A stretch of 64,000 bases of DNA from the NCBI GenBank assembly GCA_903861145.1, contig CAIOTH010000046.1:658-64657 (forward strand). Reading direction: 5' to 3'. Source of the DNA: an uncultured Bacteroidota bacterium. GTDB taxonomy: Bacteria > Bacteroidota > Bacteroidia > Chitinophagales > LD1. The notes under the pieces were generated by a model, which saw nothing but the letters and a program-made list of their open reading frames with translations, did not search any database and was not told where the DNA came from. A program made the position numbers and the translations under genes. This document shows, one piece after another, positions 10,001 to 20,360 of the stretch; the first letter of the stretch is position 1; the number at the start of each line of letters is the position of its first letter.

Positions 10001-13000
10001 CTACAAATATTTAACCCAGGGTGCATACTTCTTTACCCGCGCGCGAACATTATGGCCTAGCATATACATACTTGGCACAACTAATAATGTAAGGAAGGTT
10101 GCCATCAATAAACCATAAATCATGGTCCATGCCAACGGGCCCCAGAACACTACGTTATCGCCACCCAAATAGAATTGTGGGTTGAGCCTTGAGAAGAGGC
10201 TTTCGAAATCCATATTAAGGCCTATCGCAAGAGGTATTAAACCTAATATGGCTGCCGATGCCGTTAATATAACGGGCGTCATACGCGTGGCACCGCCTTC
10301 AACTACGGCTTCGCTCACTTCAAGGCCGCGCTCTCGTAATTCGTCAATAAACTCAATCAACAAAATTCCGTTTCGGATAACAATTCCTGCCAGCGCAAAC
10401 AAACCTACCCCGGTCATAATGATTGACATGGTTTTGTGGGTGATTGTAAAACCAATGAAGATGCCGATTACTGAGAAAAGTACGGTAGTGGCAATAATCA
10501 TAGGTTTAACAACCGAGTTAAACTGGGTAACCAGGATAAGGAACATAAGCGCAAATGCACCGCCAAACGCTACTATAAGGAAGTTCATGGTATCGGCCAT
10601 TTGCTCCTCCTGCCCGGTCATTTTAATAGTATAACCTTCAGGTATATCCATGTTGGCAATAATCAATTCAATTTGCGGAATGATTTCGTTAGCCGTGTGG
10701 CCGGTTACCAAATCAGAAGCAAGCGTTACTACGCGCTTTTGGTTTTTGCGGTTAATTACGCTGATGGAGTTATCGTAATGAACGGTAGCAATAGCCGAAA
10801 CCGGCACCTGGCGGAAGGCGCCAATGCTCATATCCATAAACGAAATGTTTACGTTTAGCAATTGCTCAACCTGCTTTCTGTCTTCAGCCCTTAAGCGCAA
10901 TTGAATAGGGGCATCTTCATTTTTATCACGGAATTTTGAAACTTCTTTTCCGAATAAAGCGGTGCGCAACTCGGCACCCACCTGGCCAAGCGAAATGCCT
11001 TCGCGCTGCATTTTCTCTTTATCTATATCAATAATAATTTCGGGCTTGCTGATTTGTAAGTCACTCTTCAACTCCTCAATACCCGGAATGTTTTCTTTAT
11101 CGATTTGAGTTTTTAATTGGGCAGTAAGGCGCTGCATTACTGCAAAATCATCGCCACTTACTTCAATGTTAATAGGCTTGCCCACCGGTGGGCCGTTGGC
11201 TTCTTTTTCAACGCTTATTTCAGCACCAGCTACGCCTTCTTTTTGGAAAGTCTTCTGCAACGAATCGAGCCATATGGCTGTATGCTGGACTTTACGATAT
11301 GAATATTTTATGAACGCTACGGTTACTTTACTCTTATTAGGCGTGGCAACTTTATCGGGGTTTTGAGGGTCGCCGGCACCTAAGCCCACGTTCGAAATTA
11401 CAGAGGTTACGTCGGGATTATGGTCACCAATTATTTTGTAAACGCGTTTCTCTATTAAGCGTGTAACCGAATCGGTTACGTTCGCATCGGTACCCATGGG
11501 CAGCTTGCAGTAGACGTAAACAAAGTTAGGATCGCCGCTGGGGAAAAGTTCGACTTTGGGCTTGCTGGCAATAAAAATACCAATACTTGCAGCTAACAAA
11601 AGCAGCGTTACGCAAGGAACGATGATAGGCCCCCAGCCTTTAATGAATACACGAACAATTTTACGGTAAGCGTTGGTTACTTTTGGCCATATAGTTTCCT
11701 GCCATGCTTTTATTGCTCTTGACAAAGCAAAATGGTAAAGCACAATTAAAACGATAAACGTGACCGACAAATTGCCGATGCCATTATGTTTTGTGGCGTA
11801 GGCTATAATAGCTGCAACTGTAAAAAAGATAAACCCTTTTAAATAGTCGCGCAGTTTAGCCTTGCTGTTGTGATCGTCTTTGGTCATAAATGATACGGCA
11901 AAAACCGGGTTCATTACAAATGCCACAAATAGCGAAGCTCCCAAGGTTATGATAAGCGTAATAGGCAAATGCTTCATAAACTTGCCAATAACACCGGGCC
12001 AGAATAAAAGCGGGAAGAAAGGCGCCAGCGTTGTTAGCGTTCCGGCCAGCACAGGTATAAATACTTCGCCCGCAGCAAACTTAGCAGCCTGCGGCAAAGG
12101 GAAATCATACTTATTATAAATACGGTGTGTGTTTTCAATTACCACAATAGCATCATCAACCACAATTCCCAATGCCAACAGTAGCGAGAAGAGCACCATG
12201 ATATTCATGGTCATACCAAGGCTTGGCATAAATAAGAACGCTACTAAAGTTGCCAAAGGCACCGAGAGGCCAACGAAAAACGCGTTGGTAAAGCCCATAA
12301 AGAACATCAGGATAAACACCACAAAAATGAAACCGAGGATAACGGTGTTCAACAAATCGTGTAATTGTACTCTCGTCTGTTCTGACTGGTCACCGGTTAC
12401 TTTTACCTGCAGGCCTTGCGGGAATTTTGAAGTTTTATAATCATCGAGTATGGTGTAAATCTGGTCGGTGGCATTAATCAGGTTTTCGCCGCTTCGCTTA
12501 ACTACGTTTAGGGTAACAACCGGTTTGTGGTCCAGGTGGGCAAAGTCCTGCTTATCGGCGTAGGTATCGGTTATGCGGGCAATATCTTTCAAAAAAACGG
12601 TGGTACCCATAAACGAGCGCACCACAACATTTTCAATTTCTTTGGGGTCTTTAAACTGCCCTGTAACACGCAGGTTACGGCGCATTTCATCCACCCTTAC
12701 TTCACCTCCCGATATGTTCAGGTTTTCGCGTTGTATGGTGTTTTCAATATCCATAAACGAAATACCGGCGGCTGTCATTTTAAACAGGTCGACATCAATA
12801 TGTATTTCGCGATCAACACCACCCACAATATCAACGCGGGTAATTTCTTTCATGCTCTCAACACGGTCTTTCAGGTCTTTTGCATACTTCTTGATTTGAT
12901 CAAGAGGAAAATCGCCCGAAAGGTTGATGTTCATGATAGGCTGCTCGTTAATATCGAACTCCTGTATTTGCGGGTCGTTTTTTAAATCGCTAGGCAGGTC

Positions 13001-13375
13001 TTTCTTTCCTTTGGCAACAGCGTCGGTTACTTTTTGTTTACATACGGCGGGGTCGCGATCGGTGCCAAACTCAACCGTCATAATCGAAACATCGGATAGC
13101 GAATTGCTGGTTACTTTCTTTACACCATTTAAACCCTTTACCTGCTTTTCAATTGGCTTGGTAATAAGTGTTTCAACATCTTCAGGGCTTGCACCAGGGT
13201 AAATAGTAACGATAGAGATGGTTGGCACTACTACATCGGGGTACAACTCCTTGGGCAGGCTATTGTAAACCGTCATACCCGCAAAGATGATGATGACAGA
13301 AAAAACGTAAATGCTGGTGGCATTGTCAATGCACCAACGGGTAAGCCAAAACTCTTTTAATCTTTCAGTATTCAT
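10001..13375 (-). CDS. RND efflux transporter permease (AcrB/HAE1-like)
   Basis: About 1120 aa with 12 TM-type hydrophobic blocks and two large loops. Start set at MNTERLKEFWLTRW, because the 9 upstream codons are read-through of a REP-like repeat. Confidence 0.9.
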   Translation of the reverse strand: MNTERLKEFWLTRWCIDNATSIYVFSVIIIFAGMTVYNSLPKELYPDVVVPTISIVTIYPGASPEDVETLITKPIEKQVKGLNGVKKVTSNSLSDVSIMTVEFGTDRDPAVCKQKVTDAVAKGKKDLPSDLKNDPQIQEFDINEQPIMNINLSGDFPLDQIKKYAKDLKDRVESMKEITRVDIVGGVDREIHIDVDLFKMTAAGISFMDIENTIQRENLNISGGEVRVDEMRRNLRVTGQFKDPKEIENVVVRSFMGTTVFLKDIARITDTYADKQDFAHLDHKPVVTLNVVKRSGENLINATDQIYTILDDYKTSKFPQGLQVKVTGDQSEQTRVQLHDLLNTVILGFIFVVFILMFFMGFTNAFFVGLSVPLATLVAFLFMPSLGMTMNIMVLFSLLLALGIVVDDAIVVIENTHRIYNKYDFPLPQAAKFAAGEVFIPVLAGTLTTLAPFFPLLFWPGVIGKFMKHLPITLIITLGASLFVAFVMNPVFAVSFMTKDDHNSKAKLRDYLKGFIFFTVAAIIAYATKHNGIGNLSVTFIVLIVLYHFALSRAIKAWQETIWPKVTNAYRKIVRVFIKGWGPIIVPCVTLLLLAASIGIFIASKPKVELFPSGDPNFVYVYCKLPMGTDANVTDSVTRLIEKRVYKIIGDHNPDVTSVISNVGLGAGDPQNPDKVATPNKSKVTVAFIKYSYRKVQHTAIWLDSLQKTFQKEGVAGAEISVEKEANGPPVGKPINIEVSGDDFAVMQRLTAQLKTQIDKENIPGIEELKSDLQISKPEIIIDIDKEKMQREGISLGQVGAELRTALFGKEVSKFRDKNEDAPIQLRLRAEDRKQVEQLLNVNISFMDMSIGAFRQVPVSAIATVHYDNSISVINRKNQKRVVTLASDLVTGHTANEIIPQIELIIANMDIPEGYTIKMTGQEEQMADTMNFLIVAFGGAFALMFLILVTQFNSVVKPMIIATTVLFSVIGIFIGFTITHKTMSIIMTGVGLFALAGIVIRNGILLIEFIDELRERGLEVSEAVVEGGATRMTPVILTASAAILGLIPLAIGLNMDFESLFSRLNPQFYLGGDNVVFWGPLAWTMIYGLLMATFLTLLVVPSMYMLGHNVRARVKKYAPWVKYL

Positions 13376-13389
13376 CGTATGTATGTTTT

Positions 13390-13478
13390 GCCACAAAGGC
13401 ACAAAGACACTAAGAAATACAAAGTAGAAAAGCTGTCTCTACCCGTCAAAAAACTTTGTGTCTTAGTGCCTTCGTGGC
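13390..13478. repeat. REP-like intergenic hairpin built on the GCCACAAAGGCAC motif
   Basis: GCCACAAAGGCAC (13390-13402) pairs with GTGCCTTCGTGGC (13466-13478) at 12/13 positions. AGACAC/GTGTCT pairs further in. A third motif copy is at 24926-24942. Confidence 0.65.
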
Positions 13479-13496
13479 TATATTTATTTATCACCA

Positions 13497-14648
13497 CTAA
13501 TAATCAATTCTCTGTCCGTCTACTATTTCGCTATAACCAAAGGTTATAATCTTGTCACCCTCATTCAATCCGCTGGTAATTACGGTTTCGCCATTGTAAT
13601 CCACTCCCGGTGTAACCATACGCTTGTGAACAGTTTTAATGCCATTCTTCACTTCGGCAATTAAAACATAAGTGCCATCAGCCGACTTTTGAATTACGTT
13701 TGACGGGACTACCAAAACATTTTTCAGGGTTTCATCATTAATCTTCAACTTGGCAATCAGGTTGCTTGCGTATTCGTTGTGGTCGTTGTTCAGTTTAACT
13801 TCGATACTAAAAGTGCGCGAGCGTGGGTCAATCGTATTTGATACATAATTAACCGGTGCCTGAATGGTTTTATTGATATCAGGAAACTCGATAGAAACCA
13901 CATCGTCTTTTTTAATTTTTCCGAAATCGCTATCAGCAAGTTTGGCCTTTACTTTTAGTTTTTCGCCATTTACAATGCGAATGCCGGGCATCATTTGGCT
14001 AGGAGCAGCCATGTCGCCAATGCGTAGGTTAACCGCATCAACAGTACCATTAATCGGAGAAATTATTTTGGTCATCTCCAACTGATTTTTTAAGGCATCA
14101 ATATTTTTTTCTGCAGCTTCTTTTTGTGTTTTAGCCTGCAGAAATTGTATTTCGCTGCCTATTTTTTGGTCCCATAAAGTTTTCTGTTTGTCATATGCAG
14201 TAGTAGCAAGGTTTTGTTGCAATTGGGCAGCCGCAAGTTGGTCTGATACTGCTGCTGTGGTGGCGGTTAATCCCAATATTTCGCCTTTGGTAACCCTATC
14301 GCCTATTTTTACATTAATGGCGGTTACCAGGCCCGGTTGTTGAGGCAGGGCTGTAATATTTTCTTCCGCATCAACGTTGCCTTGTACTTCAATATAATGT
14401 TTGAAGTTCTCTTTCTTCAATTCATCTATCTGCACCAGTTTCGATTTCTGGTCAACTTTAAAAGAGGTATCGAGTTTGGCTATTTCCTTTTCAAGGGTTT
14501 CGATTTTACCGGTAATGTCTTTCAATTGGGCTTTGTCGTCGGCCAATTCTTTTTTCTTGCTTTCAAGGTCTTTCTTGTCGGTATCGCGGCAAGATGCAAG
14601 TAGTAATACAGCAGAGAAAACGATAAGTGAGAATTTGTGAAACTTCAT
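13497..14648 (-). CDS. RND efflux periplasmic adaptor (membrane fusion protein) lipoprotein
   Basis: Lipobox LLLASC, coiled-coil hairpin segments, and biotinyl-lipoyl-like and beta-barrel regions. Lies between the TolC-like and RND genes. Confidence 0.85.
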   Translation of the reverse strand: MKFHKFSLIVFSAVLLLASCRDTDKKDLESKKKELADDKAQLKDITGKIETLEKEIAKLDTSFKVDQKSKLVQIDELKKENFKHYIEVQGNVDAEENITALPQQPGLVTAINVKIGDRVTKGEILGLTATTAAVSDQLAAAQLQQNLATTAYDKQKTLWDQKIGSEIQFLQAKTQKEAAEKNIDALKNQLEMTKIISPINGTVDAVNLRIGDMAAPSQMMPGIRIVNGEKLKVKAKLADSDFGKIKKDDVVSIEFPDINKTIQAPVNYVSNTIDPRSRTFSIEVKLNNDHNEYASNLIAKLKINDETLKNVLVVPSNVIQKSADGTYVLIAEVKNGIKTVHKRMVTPGVDYNGETVITSGLNEGDKIITFGYSEIVDGQRIDY

Positions 14649-14683
14649 TTTATGATCTTTATGTTATAGGCTGTTTAAAATAT

Positions 14684-16093
14684 TTATTTTACTCCCATTG
14701 CTTTATCTAAATCTGCTTTGGCGTTAAGCAGGCTCATTACGCTTTGAACGTGCTTTAACTGGTTAGTTGTAAACTCCTGTTCGGTTTGTTGAAGCTCAAA
14801 ACTTGAGCCGGCACCGGCTTTAAATTTGATTTGGTTTTTATCAAAAATTTTCTTGCTTAGGTCTAAAGCTTTTTGTGCGTTTGCCTCATCGGCTAAAGCG
14901 GCACTGTAGGTTGATTGCGCCGATTGGTATTGAAGTTGTGCAGCATTTTTAAAGTTTTCGAAATCATTTTTAAGTTTCATCTGCTCAAGCTTTGTTTGCT
15001 TAACCTGCATCATCTTTAAACCCGAATCGAAAATGGGCACATTGAGCTTGAGGCCAATAATACCTTGTGGGTACCAGTTGCTGGCTTTAAACATATCGCC
15101 AAAAGCCTGGGTTTGTACGTTGCCCGAATAATTTAAAAAGCCTGCTAAGGTTGGATAATAGCCACTGCGTTTCTGTGCAACATCATACCCTTTTAAAGTA
15201 ATACCGGTAGTGAGCAACTGATATTCAACGCGGTTTTGCGCGTCGAATTTATTTTCCTGGGGCACTGCGTTGCTTTTTAAATCGTCTAACTTATCCTTTA
15301 AAATAATGACTGCATTTAAAGGAACCCCCATTTGAAATTTAAGATTGGCCAGCGCCACATCGCCCATATTATTTTGCATAGTAATCTGGCTTTGCAGATT
15401 GGCTTGAGCCAACTCCAAGCGGGTTACATCTAAATCTTCGGTTAAGCCCTGTGCGAATACTGCTCGTGTGTCGCTCAACAGTTTATCAATTATTTTCATG
15501 TTATCCTGCAACAGGCTTTTTGCCTCTTGTGCAGTTTCGGCCTGGTTGTATGCCTTTATGATGTTATAGCGAATTTCCTGGTCGGTTAGGTCCGATTGTA
15601 AGCGACTTGTGAGATATAATTCCTTGCGGGCCTGAATCCCAAACATGTAGCGAGCATCGAATAATAATTGAGTTACAGTAAGGCCGGTGCTGATATCATT
15701 AGGTAAAACAAAAGAGATGTTGCCAAACCCACTGCCAATACTATTTAAAGTATTTATAAGCGCCGGGTCATTACTGTTTTGGCGCAATTGCGACAATGAT
15801 TGGCCGAATGGGCTACTAGCGCTAAAAATGCCGCTTACGGCGGGAACCTGCGGTGTTTTAAAATAATAATCGTACTCAAAGCTCCCATTAACCTGTGGCA
15901 AACCCTGGGTCATAATTTCCCAGTTAAATGCTTTAGCCTTTTGCATATCAAGCTTGGCATTTTTGGCATCGTGATTATTCTTAAGGGCGTAATCAACCGC
16001 TTCTTTTTGCGTAAATGACTGAACTCCGCTTTCCTGCGCAAACAACGTAGCTGTGATAAGTAAGATAATACTGCCTATAATCGTCTTTTTCAT
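14684..16093 (-). CDS. TolC family outer-membrane efflux protein
   Basis: 469 aa with a signal peptide and two repeated helical/beta halves typical of the OEP/TolC family. Operon position supports the call. Confidence 0.85.
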   Translation of the reverse strand: MKKTIIGSIILLITATLFAQESGVQSFTQKEAVDYALKNNHDAKNAKLDMQKAKAFNWEIMTQGLPQVNGSFEYDYYFKTPQVPAVSGIFSASSPFGQSLSQLRQNSNDPALINTLNSIGSGFGNISFVLPNDISTGLTVTQLLFDARYMFGIQARKELYLTSRLQSDLTDQEIRYNIIKAYNQAETAQEAKSLLQDNMKIIDKLLSDTRAVFAQGLTEDLDVTRLELAQANLQSQITMQNNMGDVALANLKFQMGVPLNAVIILKDKLDDLKSNAVPQENKFDAQNRVEYQLLTTGITLKGYDVAQKRSGYYPTLAGFLNYSGNVQTQAFGDMFKASNWYPQGIIGLKLNVPIFDSGLKMMQVKQTKLEQMKLKNDFENFKNAAQLQYQSAQSTYSAALADEANAQKALDLSKKIFDKNQIKFKAGAGSSFELQQTEQEFTTNQLKHVQSVMSLLNAKADLDKAMGVK

Positions 16094-16114
16094 TCCACTT
16101 CTTTTTACTGTCGT

Positions 16115-16732
16115 TTAGTTCCTGAATAAATTGTGGCCTTCGAGGTATTTTAAACCTTCGGTAGATACAATGCCGCGTAAGTGATAACTTAAAAACTCGC
16201 GGTAAATATTGAGGTACGTATACTGTTTGGTCGGAAACAAAGCCTGGTTTAATAAAACTTCCACCGCCAAAATATATATTTTTGAAATAATGTCTGTGTC
16301 CAGATTGTCCCTGTAATAACCCTCTTTTACGCCGTGTTCTAAATTCCCTTTAATAAGGCCCAACATAAAGCTGAACCGGTACTCGTTATACAATTTCCAT
16401 GCCTCGGGATAATACTTTTGTATTTCGTTCAGCGTATTGGCATTAAACTCGCGCACTACCTGTAGCCAATATTCAATCATGCTAATCATTTCATCAACCG
16501 AGTTGGTTGAGTTTTTAAGAATGATTTCCATAAGCTGTCGTTCCTGGTTCAAAAAATCCTGCATGGTAAGATTTACCAGTTCTCCTTTATTTTCAACAAA
16601 CTGGTAAATGGTTTTTTTACTCATTCCCATCTCCTTCGCTATTTCATCCATGGTAAGGCTTTTAACACCATGTTTCAGAAACAGTTCACGGCTCTTCAAT
16701 AAAAGGGCTTTATATTGTTTTTCGTCCTTCAT
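16115..16732 (-). CDS. TetR/AcrR family transcriptional regulator
   Basis: N-terminal HTH LTMDEIAKEMGMSKKTIYQFVENKGEL. First gene of the efflux operon. The ATG at 16732 is preferred over the TTG at 16747. Confidence 0.85.
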   Translation of the reverse strand: MKDEKQYKALLLKSRELFLKHGVKSLTMDEIAKEMGMSKKTIYQFVENKGELVNLTMQDFLNQERQLMEIILKNSTNSVDEMISMIEYWLQVVREFNANTLNEIQKYYPEAWKLYNEYRFSFMLGLIKGNLEHGVKEGYYRDNLDTDIISKIYILAVEVLLNQALFPTKQYTYLNIYREFLSYHLRGIVSTEGLKYLEGHNLFRN

Positions 16733-16765
16733 AAAATCGGGCGGCAAATGTACGGGAAGAAAAGC

Positions 16766-16797
16766 ATGGAAACAAAAAAACGTCTCAGAGTTTCCAT
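16766..16797. promoter_or_regulatory. candidate TetR operator (8-bp inverted repeat)
   Basis: ATGGAAAC (16766-16773) and GTTTCCAT (16790-16797) are a perfect inverted repeat, about 35-65 nt upstream of the TetR gene start. Confidence 0.3.
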
Positions 16798-17099
16798 ATC
16801 TTTTTTTGCAGATAATTCGCTGTTTTTGAGCAAAACAACGCTAAAACGGGCCTTATTACTATGATTATGGTTTTAACCTGACATAATATAAATCATAATA
16901 AGCAGGCCAACTGAGAGTTTTATGAGCTAAATGTTACACGCCGATATGCGCGCCCTGCCAATCCCTTATATCTAATTTCTGCATAATCTCTATTTTTAAT
17001 TCTACGACAAAGTATAAAGCTAAAATTATAGCAAGCCAGCTATTTCCAGCAATAGAAATATTACTTATACATTCGCAAAGCTGAATCAAAAATTAACGT

Positions 17100-17852
17100 A
17101 TGTCGTTTCAAGACCATTTTTCGCGCCAGGCAGAAATGTATTTGAAAGCCCGGCCAACTTACCCCGACGAATTGTTTTCGTACCTGGCAAGCCTTGCACC
17201 ATCTAAGGATTTGTGCTGGGATTGTGCCACCGGTAATGGACAAGCTGCTATTTCAATAGCTGGTCATTTTAAACAGGTTATTGCTACAGATGGAAGCCCG
17301 CAACAAATTGAAAATGCCATGCAGCGGCCTAACATTGAATATAGAGTTGCAACGGCCGAACAAAGTGGGTTGCCCGACAACTCGGCAGACCTGATAACCG
17401 TAGCTACAGCTGCGCATTGGTTTGACCACGGCGCTTTTTATGCCGAAGCGCAACGGGTTGCCAAAGCGAATGGGGTACTTGCTGTATGGACATACTCGGA
17501 GGCTAACATTACGCCCGAAATTGATGTATTGATGGAATGGTTTATGTACGATTTATTGCTTGATTACTGGCCCAAGGGAAGGGGCTACGTTAGGAATGGC
17601 TATAATAATCTGCCATTTCCGTTTGCAGTGCTGCCAACGCGTCAGTTTTTTTGCAAGATGGATTGGGGCCTGCAACATTGGCTGGATTATATTAAAAGTT
17701 GGTCATCGTACAACAATTACATAGTAAAGCACAATAACGACCCTATTAGTATGCTGTTACCTGAGTTAAAGCCGCTATGGAAAGTTGATGAAGTGAAACA
17801 AGTAACCTGGAGGCTGCATTTAAAATGTGCGAAGCTGAATGTGGCAGTTTAA
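17100..17852 (+). CDS. class I SAM-dependent methyltransferase
   Basis: CWDCATGNGQAA (motif I, GxGxG-like) followed by ADLITVATAAHWF, typical of the Methyltransf_11 family. Confidence 0.8.
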   Translation: MSFQDHFSRQAEMYLKARPTYPDELFSYLASLAPSKDLCWDCATGNGQAAISIAGHFKQVIATDGSPQQIENAMQRPNIEYRVATAEQSGLPDNSADLITVATAAHWFDHGAFYAEAQRVAKANGVLAVWTYSEANITPEIDVLMEWFMYDLLLDYWPKGRGYVRNGYNNLPFPFAVLPTRQFFCKMDWGLQHWLDYIKSWSSYNNYIVKHNNDPISMLLPELKPLWKVDEVKQVTWRLHLKCAKLNVAV

Positions 17853-17988
17853 ATGAACAGTATATTACATTACCTCTAAAAAAACGTTAAACCATGGTAG
17901 GGTTGAACTATTAAAAGTGAAAAAAGGCATTACATTTGTTTATACCAGAAACGATAACCCAATTTTAAAACAATTAAAACAACGACTA

Positions 17989-18492
17989 ATGAAAAAATTA
18001 TTTCTGATGTTAAGTTTTGCCGGTGCAAGTATCTTTGCATTTGCACAAACTGCACCGCAGACCACCGCAACACCGGCTCCAGATCCTAATGCACCGGATT
18101 TTAAGTGGGAAACCGGAACTACAATTGACTACGGTACTGTGAAGAAAGGCGACGAAAGCAATGGCGTTCGCGAGTTTAAATTTACCAACGCCGGCAAATC
18201 TGCCTTGATTATATCAAGCTGCAGAGGAAGTTGTGGTTGCACTGTGCCTACATGCCCTACTGAGCCAATTTTGCCAGGTGCAAAAGGTACCATCAAAGTG
18301 CACTACGATATTAACCGCGTAGGTGAGTTTACTAAAACTGTAACTGTTACATCAAACGCTAAATCACCAAACGAAACTCTAAAAATTCGTGGTGTAGTGA
18401 ATGATCCTGATGCAGGCAAAACTACTCCGGCTACCGGCACTACTCCGGTTCAACCGACGCCAGTTCAACCGGCACCAACTTCTCCTCACTAA
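17989..18492 (+). CDS. DUF1573 domain protein
   Basis: Signal peptide, then FKFTNAGKSALIISSCRGSCGCTVP...PGAKGTIKVHYD, the DUF1573 signature. Pro/Thr-rich tail. Confidence 0.7.
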   Translation: MKKLFLMLSFAGASIFAFAQTAPQTTATPAPDPNAPDFKWETGTTIDYGTVKKGDESNGVREFKFTNAGKSALIISSCRGSCGCTVPTCPTEPILPGAKGTIKVHYDINRVGEFTKTVTVTSNAKSPNETLKIRGVVNDPDAGKTTPATGTTPVQPTPVQPAPTSPH

Positions 18493-18592
18493 GATTTGAG
18501 AAGAAATGACATAAAAAAAGGGTTTAACTTAGGTTGAACCCTTTTTTATTTTTAAAGCAGCCCGGATAATTGTTGCTTAAATTTGCAGTATA

Positions 18593-19642
18593 ATGAACGC
18601 GAAGAAGGATATACGGAAATTTAGTTTGGAAGAAATGATAACTGAGTTTGAGCAGCTGCAGGAACCTAAATTCAGGGCCAGGCAGGTGTACGAATGGCTA
18701 TGGAAAAAATCGGCCCGCAGCTTTGACGAAATGACCAGCCTGTCAAAAGAGTTGAGGATTAAAATGCAGGAGCGGTTTTTATTGCAGGCTGTGCAGGAGC
18801 ATATTGTGCAGAAAAGCAAAGATGGCACCGTAAAGCTGGGCATGAGCCTACACGACAAGCGTTTGATTGAAGGCGTTATGATACCTGATGATGACAGAAA
18901 TACGGCCTGTGTTTCCTCGCAAGTGGGTTGCTCGTTAAGTTGCAGTTTTTGTGCTACGGGATTTTTAAAGCGTGACCGAAACCTTGATTGGGGCGAGATA
19001 TATGACCAGGTGATTTTATTGAATAAGTACGCGCTTGAATACACCAATAAGCCGCTTACCAATATAGTGTATATGGGTATGGGCGAGCCTTTGCTTAACT
19101 ACGATAACGTAATGAAGAGCATACGAATCATTACCTCGCCGGAGGGATTGAACATGGCGCAAAAAAGAATTACGGTCTCTACATCCGGCATTGCAAAGGG
19201 TATTACGCGCTTAACCGATGAGGGAATGAAATTTAACCTGGCACTATCGCTGCATGCGGCAACCGATGAAAAGCGCGATAAGATTATGGAAATTAACCAC
19301 TCTAATAATCTTGAAACGGTAATGAATGCCCTTACTTACTTTCATCAAAAAACCGGTAATAAAGTAACGTTTGAATACATACTGTTTGACAAGTTTAACG
19401 ATACAATGGAGGACGCCGATAACCTGGTAAAGCTTTATAACAAGGTGCCATCATTTATTAATTTGATTGAGTACAACAATGTTGAAGGCGTTACTTTGAA
19501 AAAGGCAAAATCGGAAAAGCGCAATGAGTTTGTGGCCTACCTGCGCAATAGGGGTGTAAATGTTGCAGTAAGGCGTAGCCGGGGAAAGGACATAGATGCC
19601 GCCTGCGGACAATTAGCCAATAAGAACGAAACAGCGGCTTAA
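18593..19642 (+). CDS. rlmN: 23S rRNA (adenine2503-C2)-methyltransferase, radical SAM
   Basis: FRARQVYEWLW N-terminus, radical-SAM cluster CSLSCSFCATG, MGMGEPLLNY, and the C-terminal DIDAACGQL motif. Confidence 0.9.
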   Translation: MNAKKDIRKFSLEEMITEFEQLQEPKFRARQVYEWLWKKSARSFDEMTSLSKELRIKMQERFLLQAVQEHIVQKSKDGTVKLGMSLHDKRLIEGVMIPDDDRNTACVSSQVGCSLSCSFCATGFLKRDRNLDWGEIYDQVILLNKYALEYTNKPLTNIVYMGMGEPLLNYDNVMKSIRIITSPEGLNMAQKRITVSTSGIAKGITRLTDEGMKFNLALSLHAATDEKRDKIMEINHSNNLETVMNALTYFHQKTGNKVTFEYILFDKFNDTMEDADNLVKLYNKVPSFINLIEYNNVEGVTLKKAKSEKRNEFVAYLRNRGVNVAVRRSRGKDIDAACGQLANKNETAA

Positions 19643-19692
19643 ATAAGTTTAGTTACAAAACACTTTAATGGCAATTGCTATTTTTGGAGCAA

Positions 19693-20355
19693 ATGACAAA
19701 TAAAACAGCCTTAGTTATAGGCGCCACCGGTTTGGTTGGCGAAGAAACCCTGAAGCAATTACTTAAATGTGCCGACTACAATAAAGTGATTGCCCTACCC
19801 CGCAAACCTTTAAGCATAAAGAACGCAAAGCTGGAAAACCCCGTAGTTGATTTCGATAAGCCGGAACAATACAATAACATAAAGGCCGATGATGTGTTTT
19901 GTGCTATGGGCACCACCATTGGCAAAGCCGGCAGCCAGGCGGCATTTAAAAAAGTAGATTACGAAATACCGCTAAGCGTGGCGGGATTTGCTGTGAAAAA
20001 CGGGGCCACTAAATTTATTCTTGTGTCATCGATGGGTGCAAATGCAAGGTCGGGTATATTCTACTCAAGGACTAAGGGCGAGTTGGAGCAGGCTTTGGCA
20101 AAATTGAAATACAAAGCGGTTATTGTTGTGCGGCCTTCTATTTTGTTGGGCGATAGAAAGGAGCAAAGAACCGGTGAGGCTATCGGCAGATTTGCCGCTG
20201 AGAAGCTTTCGTTTTTATTTGCCGGCCCTTTAGCTAAGTATAAAGGAACGCCTGTTGATTTGCTGGCCGGTGTAATGATTAAGATGGCTAATGGAGACAA
20301 AGCAGGTGTACAAATTGTAGAGAACGATGAAATATTTGCGATAGCCGAAAAGTGA
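19693..20355 (+). CDS. NAD(P)H-binding oxidoreductase (atypical SDR)
   Basis: Rossmann motif ALVIGATGLVG at the N-terminus. About 220 aa. Start set at the ATG (MTNKTALV). Confidence 0.7.
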   Translation: MTNKTALVIGATGLVGEETLKQLLKCADYNKVIALPRKPLSIKNAKLENPVVDFDKPEQYNNIKADDVFCAMGTTIGKAGSQAAFKKVDYEIPLSVAGFAVKNGATKFILVSSMGANARSGIFYSRTKGELEQALAKLKYKAVIVVRPSILLGDRKEQRTGEAIGRFAAEKLSFLFAGPLAKYKGTPVDLLAGVMIKMANGDKAGVQIVENDEIFAIAEK

Positions 20356-20360
20356 ATTGA

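Noticed and set aside
10182-13202. Series of plus-strand ORFs (60-150 aa) inside the RND transporter gene, with similar antisense ORFs inside hemC, aspS, MFP, TolC, glpK, serS, mnmE and the S41 genes
   Set aside because: All are antisense shadows of long, motif-rich genes. Their products are low-complexity with no signatures.
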